From a bacterium (GTDB taxonomy: Bacteria; Patescibacteriota; Minisyncoccia; Phycocordibacterales; UBA5272), in NCBI GenBank assembly GCA_023267535.1, contig JAHFNC010000003.1, positions 75,653 to 139,652 of the forward strand: a stretch of DNA of 64,000 nucleotides. The letters run 5' to 3'. The notes below the pieces were generated by a model. It was not told the origin of the DNA and did no database searches. It worked only from the letters and a program-made list of their open reading frames with translations. A program made the position numbers and the translations under genes. The stretch's first letter is position 1; each line of letters begins with the position of its first letter. Of the stretch, positions 56,930 to 64,000 are shown piece after piece.

Positions 56930-57706
56930 ATGAATAAAATTTTCTATGGGATGTTGTTTTTCGTGGCGACGCTACTGACAGGTCTTCCGCAGGCGAACGC
57001 GCAATGTGTGCCGGCCCCGATAATAATGGGGCAGGGATATCAGGGCGGAAACCCGTGCTATGGTGGCCCGCCGGTCCAGACTTTTTCCATGCCATTCAAC
57101 TATGGCCAGAACGGAAACGGATTTGGCAATTTGCTGAACGGTATTCCACAGGGTCAGCCGTTTATGGTTAACACCGCAAACGGTGGCAAAGCCCGTTGTA
57201 CGTGGAAGGATGCGGCGGCAAGTGCGGCGAAGGACGGATTGGTTGGTGGTCTGATTGGTGCCGGTCTTGGAATTCTTCAAGGCAAGGGACACACCTCGCA
57301 GTATGCAAAAGGTGGAGCCCTCATCGGTGCTGCAGTTGGCGCCACGCTTGATTGTGACACCGACATTCTCGGCAACGGGGGTGTGAATCAAATCACGTCG
57401 GTGTCGGTCATCCCGCAACAACAAGCTTCACAGCAAGGTCGTTGTGGAGAGGGGAAGGTTTTCGCTACACTCAACTGGGAAGGTCATCCGCAGAACGGCA
57501 GAATGGTCTGCATGGCCAAGGACGACGTCCATATGCTCCCCATAGAGCAACAGCCGAAGGTGGCCAAGATGGTCTTCCGTTGCAAGGAAGGTCAGATTCG
57601 CGCCAAGTTGAACTGGGAAGGTCATCCGCAACACAACAAGGACGTTTGCATGTCACCGGACGATCCGCACCGTGGATACGAGGCTGCGTTTGTACCTCCA
57701 GCGTGA
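56930..57706 (+). CDS. secreted glycine-zipper protein with duplicated LNWEGHPQ..VCM..DD.H C-terminal module; GC-rich, foreign codon usage
   Basis: Start at ATG 56930 (MNKIFYGMLFFVATLLTGLPQANAQ signal peptide) with a GGAGG SD, preferred over the ORF-track start at 56879. Glycine-zipper segment GLVGGLIGAGLGILQG...GGALIGAAVGATLD. Third codon positions are dominated by G/C (AAG, CTG, CCG, GCG), unlike the rest of the window. Confidence 0.55.
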   Translation: MNKIFYGMLFFVATLLTGLPQANAQCVPAPIIMGQGYQGGNPCYGGPPVQTFSMPFNYGQNGNGFGNLLNGIPQGQPFMVNTANGGKARCTWKDAAASAAKDGLVGGLIGAGLGILQGKGHTSQYAKGGALIGAAVGATLDCDTDILGNGGVNQITSVSVIPQQQASQQGRCGEGKVFATLNWEGHPQNGRMVCMAKDDVHMLPIEQQPKVAKMVFRCKEGQIRAKLNWEGHPQHNKDVCMSPDDPHRGYEAAFVPPA

Positions 57707-57749
57707 ACAAGTAAACAACAAGAAGAAGTTTTTTACAATTTTTTTTTAC

Positions 57750-57790
57750 AAAAGCCCATACGAAAGTATGGGCTTGACTTTTTATATTTC
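57750..57790 (+). terminator. rho-independent terminator
   Basis: AAAAGCCCATACGAAAGTATGGGCTTGACTTTTTAT. Confidence 0.65.
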
Positions 57791-57882
57791 AGTGATAGTA
57801 TCACGGTTAGGCGATATTTGAGATTTTAATTAGTCATTAATTTCAAATGTCATTCTGAACTTTTACAAAAGGAGAAAAAATT

Positions 57883-58716
57883 ATGCCATCCAGCATACCC
57901 GAAAATAAGAGAAGTGTGAATGCTTTGTTCGTTGCCATCGTTGCTGTCATTCTTGCCTTACTTGCTTTGTTTTTCTTGTACAACATAAACGGCAAGGTCG
58001 GCACGGCAAACGATGACCATGTTGTCTTGGAGCAAATGAAAAAAGAAAACTTGGAGATGAAAGCCTCCTTGGTTGCTATCGATGGAAGAATCAAAACTTC
58101 CGACGCCGGCATGTTGACCAAGGTTACCGCACTCGAAAAGATGTTTACCGACTTCAGGTCCTCAACCATGACGGCTCTCGTCAAGTACGAGGAGAGAATC
58201 CTCAAGCTTGAAAAGAACGTCGGTAGCCTCCAGTCAAGGGTTCGTGCTCTGGAACATCAGTTGAGCGAACTTCAGAATCAGAGGCAACAACAGGTAATTG
58301 TGTCGCCACCGCAACAGCCGAGGCAACAGCAGTACGCACCTGCGCCGATTTATCAACAAGCTCCGACGCCGGCACCGACACCAGGACCGTACGCACCACA
58401 AGTAATTCAGCAGCAAACACAGCCGGCTCCGTCACAGGGTGGTTCAGCCTACTTGTGGCATCCGCGTGACGCCACTCCGCATAGTCCTAAGCCGTGTATC
58501 ATTTCAGGTGGCGACGGACAAGGCCTTCCGCCTTATTGTTCAGGAGCATCCGTGCAACCCGCTCTACAAGGAGAACCGAAAGGTGCGTGGATGATACGAG
58601 TTGGTGGTGGTGGAAGATTCCAAGATACCGGCGTCTATCACAAGGACAACTCTCAGACACCGCAAGGTCCACAACCTCAGGAAGAAAAGAAGGGCTGGTG
58701 GCCGTTTAGCAAGTAA
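57883..58716 (+). CDS. membrane-anchored coiled-coil protein with Pro/Gln-rich linker; GC-rich, foreign codon usage
   Basis: SD AAAGGAGAAAAAATTATG. N-terminal TM (VNALFVAIVAVILALLALFFLY), coiled coil, PQQPRQQQYAPAPIYQQAPTPAPTPGPYAPQ linker and a C-terminal Cys-containing domain ending GWWPFSK. G/C-rich third positions. Confidence 0.55.
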   Translation: MPSSIPENKRSVNALFVAIVAVILALLALFFLYNINGKVGTANDDHVVLEQMKKENLEMKASLVAIDGRIKTSDAGMLTKVTALEKMFTDFRSSTMTALVKYEERILKLEKNVGSLQSRVRALEHQLSELQNQRQQQVIVSPPQQPRQQQYAPAPIYQQAPTPAPTPGPYAPQVIQQQTQPAPSQGGSAYLWHPRDATPHSPKPCIISGGDGQGLPPYCSGASVQPALQGEPKGAWMIRVGGGGRFQDTGVYHKDNSQTPQGPQPQEEKKGWWPFSK

Positions 58717-58770
58717 TTTCCTTTGAACTTTTGACTCTTGTCAGCGATGGCAGGGGTCTTTTTTTTGACC

Positions 58771-58799
58771 TTGACATAATCAAGATTATAAGATACAAT
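58771..58799 (+). promoter_or_regulatory. sigma-70-like promoter TTGACA-17-TACAAT for the repeat-protein gene
   Basis: TTGACATAATCAAGATTATAAGATACAAT lies 48 bp upstream of the ATG at 58847. Confidence 0.45.
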
Positions 58800-58846
58800 G
58801 GTGAAAACGTTTTTGTATCGTTTTTTTATCACCTTAATATAAAAAC

Positions 58847-61246
58847 ATGAAAAATTTAATAAAAAACTCAGTAATATTGGTTTCGGTAGTAATTGCAACC
58901 GCTAATTGTGGGCTTGTTTTTGCGCAGTACGATTATGGTTACGATACTGGAACTAGTTACAGTACATATGACACTGGTTCTACTTACGGTAACTATAATA
59001 CTGGTACTACATACGGAACATACGATACAGGAACTACTTATAATACTTACAACACAGGTACAACATATCCAACATACGACACTGGTTCCACCTATGGAAC
59101 ATATAATTATAATACCGGCACCACATACCCAACCTACGATACAGGGACCACTTACTCTACTTACCAAACTGGAACAACATATCCAACATATGATACTGGC
59201 ACCACATACGGAACATATGACACTGGTACAACTTATCCAACCTACAATACAGGAACTACATACTCTTCATACGACACAGGCACAACATACCCAACCTATG
59301 ACACTGGTACTACATACGGAACATATGATACGGGAACAACTTACCCAACTTACGATACAGGAACAACATACTCTTCATACGACACAGGCACTACCTACCC
59401 AACATATGATACAGGTACTACTTACTCTAATTATGATACGGGAACTACCTATCCTACATACGACACAGGAACAGCTTACCCAATTTATGATACAGGGGTT
59501 TATCCTATATACGACACAGGCTATACACCTTACTCTACTCCGTATTCACCAGTAACTTACGGAAACAATTCTACTTATAATCCTTTTAATTATAATAATT
59601 CAAACAATGGTTATTCTAATTACAACGGTTCTTCTAATTATGGTTATGTAAACTATATTAACGTTAATGATGGACATATAAGTTGTTCTGTTGGTACAGC
59701 CCTTGTGAGTGGTTCATGTGTCATAATTCCGACCACGTGTCCAGCTGGAACAACCATGATTAATGGAACATGTCAGATTAATAATATCGTCTGTCCAACC
59801 GGAACCAATCTAGTTAATGGTTCTTGCCAACCGATAGTTATAAATACATGTCCAACTGGAACTACCATGGTAAATGGAGTTTGTCAGCCAATCGTTGTGA
59901 ATAATTGTCCTACTGGAACCACATTAGTAAACGGAGTTTGCCAACCGATAGTTATAAATACATGTCCAACTGGAACTACCATGGTAAATGGAGTTTGTCA
60001 GCCAATCGTTATAAACCATTGTCCTACAGGAACAGTTCTTATTGATGGTTCTTGTGTTCAAAATAATTACGGTTATTACACTCCATCAACTTATAATTAT
60101 CCATCGATATATACACCTCCTGTAATATCTAATTATCCAACCTACGGAAACAACTATTCAAGTCCAATGATGAATTACCAAACTTGTTTTGACGGTTCTA
60201 TTATTCCTCTTGGTCAGTCATGTTATTACGGAAATAATTTTGCACCTGTTCGTCCTCAAACTATTAAGTTTAATAACGTTGTTACCTCTATCGCTACACA
60301 AATAACAAATAACAGCGCTCGTTGTAATGGTATTGGATTAATTGCCAATGGGGTTAATTCAACTGGCTGGTTTGAATACGGAGAGACTCCAAAGCTTGGT
60401 CGCGAAACATCTCATTCTTCTATTGGAAACTATGCAACCTCACCTTTCTCTAACGTATTGTCTAATCTAAAGACTGGAAATACTTATTACTGTCGTGCGG
60501 TTATGAACAATCAATACGGAACATTCAAGGGAGAGATTGTTAGCTTCAAGGCAAAGGTAGCAAAGACTGTTTATGTTAAACCAGTGGCTACTGTAAAAAA
60601 GACTACTACAAAGAAAGTAAGTAATGTCATTACATGTTCAGATGGTTCTACTATAACCGTTAAAAGTGACAAGACAGCTACTGTTCTAAATGAAGGAGGA
60701 AAGTTAATTGCACTTACTGTTGAAAAAGAAGATGGAAACATTTCTCCAAACCAAGAGGTGAATTACAAGTTAAGCTATAAAAATAGTTCTGATACTAAGG
60801 TTTACGATGTTGCTGTAAACATTGCTGTTCCTCCTGAGTTTGAGATTCTAAGTGTCAGTGCTGGAACCTTTGATAACAATACTCACACTATTTCATTAAA
60901 CCAAGCTTCAATACCAGCTTCTTCCGAGAGTGCTATTACTTGGAGAGTAAAGGTAAGCAAGGACGCTATGATTGGAAAGTCTATTGTTACAACTGGATAC
61001 ATTGCTTACACAATCTCAGATGAAAATGGTAAGACTGTTCAAGATGAAGTAACCGCTTACTCAACAGCTTCAATCTCACCCGTATCAGACACTGCAAACT
61101 CTGATACTGGATCAAAGAATGTTGTTGGAGAAGGTTATGGATTCCTACCAAGTACTTTGGTTGAATGGTTCGCACTGGTGGCTATTATATGTATAATCTT
61201 TATTTTAGGTAGAAACATATATGTGTCATATAAGAATGAACAATAA
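58847..61246 (+). CDS. large cell-surface repeat protein (signal peptide, ~22 YDTGTTYxT nonapeptide repeats, ~6 Cys-containing 18-19 aa repeats, beta-rich region, C-terminal TM anchor)
   Basis: 799 aa ORF. MKNLIKNSVILVSVVIATANCG signal, [Y(D/N)TGTTY(P/G/S)T]n, [CPTGTTMVNGVCQPIVIN]n, C-terminal LVEWFALVAIICIIFILG anchor. Followed by a strong terminator. Confidence 0.7.
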   Translation: MKNLIKNSVILVSVVIATANCGLVFAQYDYGYDTGTSYSTYDTGSTYGNYNTGTTYGTYDTGTTYNTYNTGTTYPTYDTGSTYGTYNYNTGTTYPTYDTGTTYSTYQTGTTYPTYDTGTTYGTYDTGTTYPTYNTGTTYSSYDTGTTYPTYDTGTTYGTYDTGTTYPTYDTGTTYSSYDTGTTYPTYDTGTTYSNYDTGTTYPTYDTGTAYPIYDTGVYPIYDTGYTPYSTPYSPVTYGNNSTYNPFNYNNSNNGYSNYNGSSNYGYVNYINVNDGHISCSVGTALVSGSCVIIPTTCPAGTTMINGTCQINNIVCPTGTNLVNGSCQPIVINTCPTGTTMVNGVCQPIVVNNCPTGTTLVNGVCQPIVINTCPTGTTMVNGVCQPIVINHCPTGTVLIDGSCVQNNYGYYTPSTYNYPSIYTPPVISNYPTYGNNYSSPMMNYQTCFDGSIIPLGQSCYYGNNFAPVRPQTIKFNNVVTSIATQITNNSARCNGIGLIANGVNSTGWFEYGETPKLGRETSHSSIGNYATSPFSNVLSNLKTGNTYYCRAVMNNQYGTFKGEIVSFKAKVAKTVYVKPVATVKKTTTKKVSNVITCSDGSTITVKSDKTATVLNEGGKLIALTVEKEDGNISPNQEVNYKLSYKNSSDTKVYDVAVNIAVPPEFEILSVSAGTFDNNTHTISLNQASIPASSESAITWRVKVSKDAMIGKSIVTTGYIAYTISDENGKTVQDEVTAYSTASISPVSDTANSDTGSKNVVGEGYGFLPSTLVEWFALVAIICIIFILGRNIYVSYKNEQ
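58925..59545 (+). repeat. in-frame 27-bp tandem repeat array (~22 copies) inside the surface-protein gene
   Basis: Recurrent ACATACGACACTGGTACTACATACCCA-type units with synonymous and near-synonymous variation. Confidence 0.8.
59690..60060 (+). repeat. in-frame 54/57-bp tandem repeat array (~6 copies), including two identical ~70-bp stretches (59827-59896 and 59941-60010)
   Basis: CCAACCGATAGTTATAAATACATGTCCAACTGGAACTACCATGGTAAATGGAGTTTGTCAGCCAATCGTT occurs twice, verbatim, 114 bp apart. Confidence 0.8.
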
Positions 61247-61262
61247 TATACTGTTTTAATGG

Positions 61263-61298
61263 AAAAGGGCGTGCCGCAGGCACGCCCTTTTCGTTTGT
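61263..61298 (+). terminator. rho-independent terminator
   Basis: AAAAGGGCGTGCCGCAGGCACGCCCTTTTCGTTTG. Confidence 0.75.
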
Positions 61299-61312
61299 GA
61301 TATCATCTTTAT

Positions 61313-61762
61313 ATGGAAGAGAGGGTTATATCAAACGAAGAGGAAATAAAGGATTTTGCGCTCTATATTTGTGAAAAATTATCTAGTTTTAAGAAGAATA
61401 AAGCCAAAGTTCTTTTATTAGAGGGAGACTTAGGAGCTGGTAAAACTACTTTTACAAAAGAATTGGCCAAATGCTTTGGAGTTGAAGGGACGGTTAATAG
61501 TCCAACTTTTATTTTAAGAAAAGATTATGCTTCTAAGCACAGTCATATCAAAAAAATAATTCACGTCGATGCGTATCGATTTACCCATCCAAAAGAGTCA
61601 AGGGCTTTAAGGTTAGAAGAAGAACTCATTGATCCAAGTAATTTGATAATTGTTGAATGGCCATCAAAAATGAATTATTTAAAAAGCGATATAACTATTT
61701 TTATGGAAATTGTTGATGAAAATAAAAGATTTGTGCAAATAAAATATGACTTTGAAGAATAA
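61313..61762 (+). CDS. tsaE: tRNA threonylcarbamoyladenosine biosynthesis protein TsaE
   Basis: 149 aa. P-loop LEGDLGAGKTTFTKELAK followed by VNSPTFIL. Confidence 0.8.
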   Translation: MEERVISNEEEIKDFALYICEKLSSFKKNKAKVLLLEGDLGAGKTTFTKELAKCFGVEGTVNSPTFILRKDYASKHSHIKKIIHVDAYRFTHPKESRALRLEEELIDPSNLIIVEWPSKMNYLKSDITIFMEIVDENKRFVQIKYDFEE

Positions 61763-64000
61763 TAAAAAGAAAATAGTTTTACTTGATTCTCATGCGATTC
61801 TTCACCGAGCTTATCACGCCATGGGCGATTTTTCGACAAGGGATGGAAGACCAACTGGGGCGCTTTATGGATTGGTCACTTTTGTTTTGCGTGTTGCTAA
61901 AGAAATAAAACCAGATTACATTGTGGCTTGTTTTGATTTGCCAAAGCCGACATTTAGACATATTTCTTATGATGGATATAAGGCTGGAAGAAAAAAGACT
62001 GATGATTCTTTGGTAACTCAAATAAAAGAAAGCTATGGTGTTTGCGAAGCATTGGGTATTCCTATCTATAACAAAGAAGGTTTTGAGGCGGATGATATTT
62101 TAGGAACCATTGCTTCACATTTTGATAATAAAAAAGACTATCAAATAATAATAGCCAGCGGCGATATGGATACATTGCAACTTGTTATTGATGACGATGT
62201 CGTTGTTTATACATTGAAGAGAGGAAATGACGCTGTTACTTATAACGAAAAAGAAGTAAATAAAAGATTTGGTTTTGGTCCATTATTAATTCCCGATTAT
62301 AAAGGGTTGGCTGGGGACTCATCAGATAACATTGTTGGCATTTCTGGTATTGGAGAAAAGACAGCAACTGAACTTATTAAAAATTTTGGGACAATTGAAA
62401 ATATTTATAAAGAATTAAAGAAAGATAGAAATAAATTTTTGAAATTAGGATTTAAAGAAAGAATGGTAAAACTCTTAGAAGAAGGAGAAGAAGATGCTTT
62501 GTTTTCAAAAACATTAGCCACCATTAGAAAAGATGCGCCGATTAATTTTGAAGTACCAAAGAATGTCTGGAGCGAAGGAATTGATACTAAAAAATATGAA
62601 GCTATGTGTGATAATTACGAATTTAGATCATTGCGACACAAAATAAGAGAGGTTGTTTTAAAGGAGGAAAAAGAAGAAGTAAAAGAAGTCATTGAAGATG
62701 AAGGGCTTCTAGAGGAATGTAAAGTTATGCTTAACTTGCTTCATAGTGAATTAACCAATCAAACCGCTCAAGAAATAAAAGACTTTACTGGAAAAGATGA
62801 TTTAATTGGAGCTAAAGAAGAGCTGGTAGATTTACTTAAAAAGGAAGATTTGCTTAATCTTTATCACGAGATAGAGGAGCCCATAATTCCTATCGTTAGA
62901 GAAATGAAAGAAACTGGAATCAAAGTTGATGTCGAGAAATTAAAAAAATTAAGTGTGGATTTGCATAAAAAAGTTTCGCTTCTGGAAAAGGAGATTTATG
63001 AACTTGCAGGTGAAGAGTTTAATATTTCATCACCAAAACAATTAGGAGAGATTATTTATGAAAAACTAGGTCTTGGTGAAAAAATTAAAAAAACAAAGAC
63101 TGGAGCTAAGAGTACTGGAATTGGGGAATTGGAAAAAATAAAAGACGAACACCCAGTGATTGTAAAAATAATTGAATACAGAGAATTAACAAAACTTCTT
63201 TCCACTTATATAGATACATTGCCTAATTTTGTGAAAGAAGATGGAAGAATACACGCCCATTATATACAGTCTGGCACTGGAACGGGAAGATTTTCTTGTG
63301 AAGATCCAAATTTGCAAAACCTTCCAGTTAAAAGTGAGTTTGGAAAACAAATCAGAGAATCTTTTGTAGCTGATAATGGAAAAATTTTGTTGTCTTGTGA
63401 TTATTCGCAAATTGATCTTCGTTCGGCTGGAATTTTATCAGGCGACATGACACTTCTTGATATCTTTAATAAGAAAATTGATGTTCACACTGGAACAGCG
63501 ATGAAAATTTTTAACGTTTCAGAAAAAGATGTAACTCCTGATATGAGAAGAAAAGCTAAAGCAATTAATTTTGGAATTTTATATGGTATGGGGGTTACTT
63601 CTCTAAAAGAAGGAATGGGTGTTGAGAGAAAAGAAGCGCAAGAATTTTATGATCAATACAAAAAAACTTTTTCTAGAATGATGGAATATTTGGAAGAAGT
63701 AAAAGCGTATGCTTTTAAAAATGGATATACTAAAACTTTGTTTGGAAGAAGACGAGAAATACCACTCCTTAAGAGTCCATTGTCATTTTTACGAGCGCAA
63801 GGAGAGCGTATTGCAATTAATGCGCCAGTGCAGGGAACAAGTGCTGATATTTTGAAGCTAGCTATCTTAGACACAGACGACTATTTAGTAAAAAACAAGT
63901 TGAAAAATAAGGTTAAATTGTCACTCCAGATTCACGATGAATTGGTTTTTGAGATGGATAAAAATATTGATAAAAAGGTTATACAAGACATAGTTGATGC
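61746..64000 (+). CDS. polA: DNA polymerase I (partial, continues beyond window end)
   Basis: ATG at 61746 overlaps the tsaE end by 17 nt in another frame. 5'-3' exonuclease domain (KIVLLDSHAILHRAYHAM; GISGIGEKTA), then family A polymerase motifs (DYSQIDLR, RRKAKAINFGILYG, QIHDELVFE). The frame is open to the last base, so it is absent from the ORF track. Confidence 0.85.
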   Translation, partial: MTLKNNKKKIVLLDSHAILHRAYHAMGDFSTRDGRPTGALYGLVTFVLRVAKEIKPDYIVACFDLPKPTFRHISYDGYKAGRKKTDDSLVTQIKESYGVCEALGIPIYNKEGFEADDILGTIASHFDNKKDYQIIIASGDMDTLQLVIDDDVVVYTLKRGNDAVTYNEKEVNKRFGFGPLLIPDYKGLAGDSSDNIVGISGIGEKTATELIKNFGTIENIYKELKKDRNKFLKLGFKERMVKLLEEGEEDALFSKTLATIRKDAPINFEVPKNVWSEGIDTKKYEAMCDNYEFRSLRHKIREVVLKEEKEEVKEVIEDEGLLEECKVMLNLLHSELTNQTAQEIKDFTGKDDLIGAKEELVDLLKKEDLLNLYHEIEEPIIPIVREMKETGIKVDVEKLKKLSVDLHKKVSLLEKEIYELAGEEFNISSPKQLGEIIYEKLGLGEKIKKTKTGAKSTGIGELEKIKDEHPVIVKIIEYRELTKLLSTYIDTLPNFVKEDGRIHAHYIQSGTGTGRFSCEDPNLQNLPVKSEFGKQIRESFVADNGKILLSCDYSQIDLRSAGILSGDMTLLDIFNKKIDVHTGTAMKIFNVSEKDVTPDMRRKAKAINFGILYGMGVTSLKEGMGVERKEAQEFYDQYKKTFSRMMEYLEEVKAYAFKNGYTKTLFGRRREIPLLKSPLSFLRAQGERIAINAPVQGTSADILKLAILDTDDYLVKNKLKNKVKLSLQIHDELVFEMDKNIDKKVIQDIVD

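Noticed and set aside
56972-57710. Minus-strand ORFs 56972-57424, 57428-57634 and 57471-57710, and the plus ORF 57442-57714
   Set aside because: All lie within the GC-rich island, where stop codons are rare in every frame. The plus-strand secreted protein with SD and signal peptide is the real gene.
58893-59555. 220-aa ORF in an alternative frame, and the minus ORF 58868-59167
   Set aside because: These are alternative-frame readings of the 27-bp tandem repeat array. Only the frame encoding YDTGTTY units with signal peptide and downstream domains is coherent.
58925-60060. Possible CRISPR array
   Set aside because: The repeats are contiguous with no unique spacers, are in-frame within one long ORF, and have periods of 27 and 57 bp with protein-level conservation. 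Coding tandem repeats, not CRISPR.

Overview
This window is a low-GC (roughly one-third GC by eye), gene-dense bacterial chromosomal segment. It has short intergenic spacers, clean rho-independent terminators, and tRNA genes that mostly lack an encoded CCA tail. The gene content (streamlined housekeeping set, a type-IV-secretion-like locus, many small secreted or membrane proteins) suggests a reduced-genome lineage such as the Candidate Phyla Radiation/Patescibacteria; that is inference only. Recognisable genes run from rnhA-recJ at the left edge through a tRNA cluster beside the CCA-adding enzyme, HU, RNase Y, ClpP, RsmE, trigger factor, NusA, a MacAB-like efflux operon, tpiA-pgk, xth, a XerC/D-like recombinase, rpsO, ComM, a LysM/M23 peptidase, PcrA/UvrD and RsmA. 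The chromosomal origin region follows (yidC-rnpA-rpmH on the minus strand, then dnaA-dnaN), then a class A penicillin-binding protein, tyrS, ruvC-ruvB, a PilB/GspE ATPase, a lytic-transglycosylase-like protein, tsaE and a partial polA at the right edge. Three regions stand out. (1) A ~12.5 kb co-directional locus (31360-43900) between rsmA and the origin encodes a type IV secretion-like apparatus. It includes a VirB4-family ATPase (apparently frame-split), a VirB6/TrbL-like polytopic membrane protein, a PrgI/VirB3-like small membrane protein, a pilin-like protein fused to a putative Zn-peptidase domain, and several secreted or anchored proteins of unknown function. No relaxase or coupling protein is present. 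(2) A 1.8 kb two-gene island (56930-58716) has sharply elevated GC and a foreign codon preference (AAG, CTG, CCG, GCG), but native-looking AT-rich promoter and terminators. It encodes a secreted glycine-zipper protein and a membrane-anchored Pro/Gln-rich protein, and looks like recent horizontal acquisition. (3) An 800-residue surface protein carries two tiers of in-frame DNA tandem repeats (27-bp x ~22 copies, 57-bp x ~6 copies, including two identical ~70-bp copies). Further observations are two lineage-specific structured repeat families at gene 3' ends, a duplicated tRNA-Gly 3' end (possible integration scar), a 28-bp perfect palindrome built on the tRNA-Pro 3' end, and a tandem-repeat/DnaA-box region upstream of rsmE.
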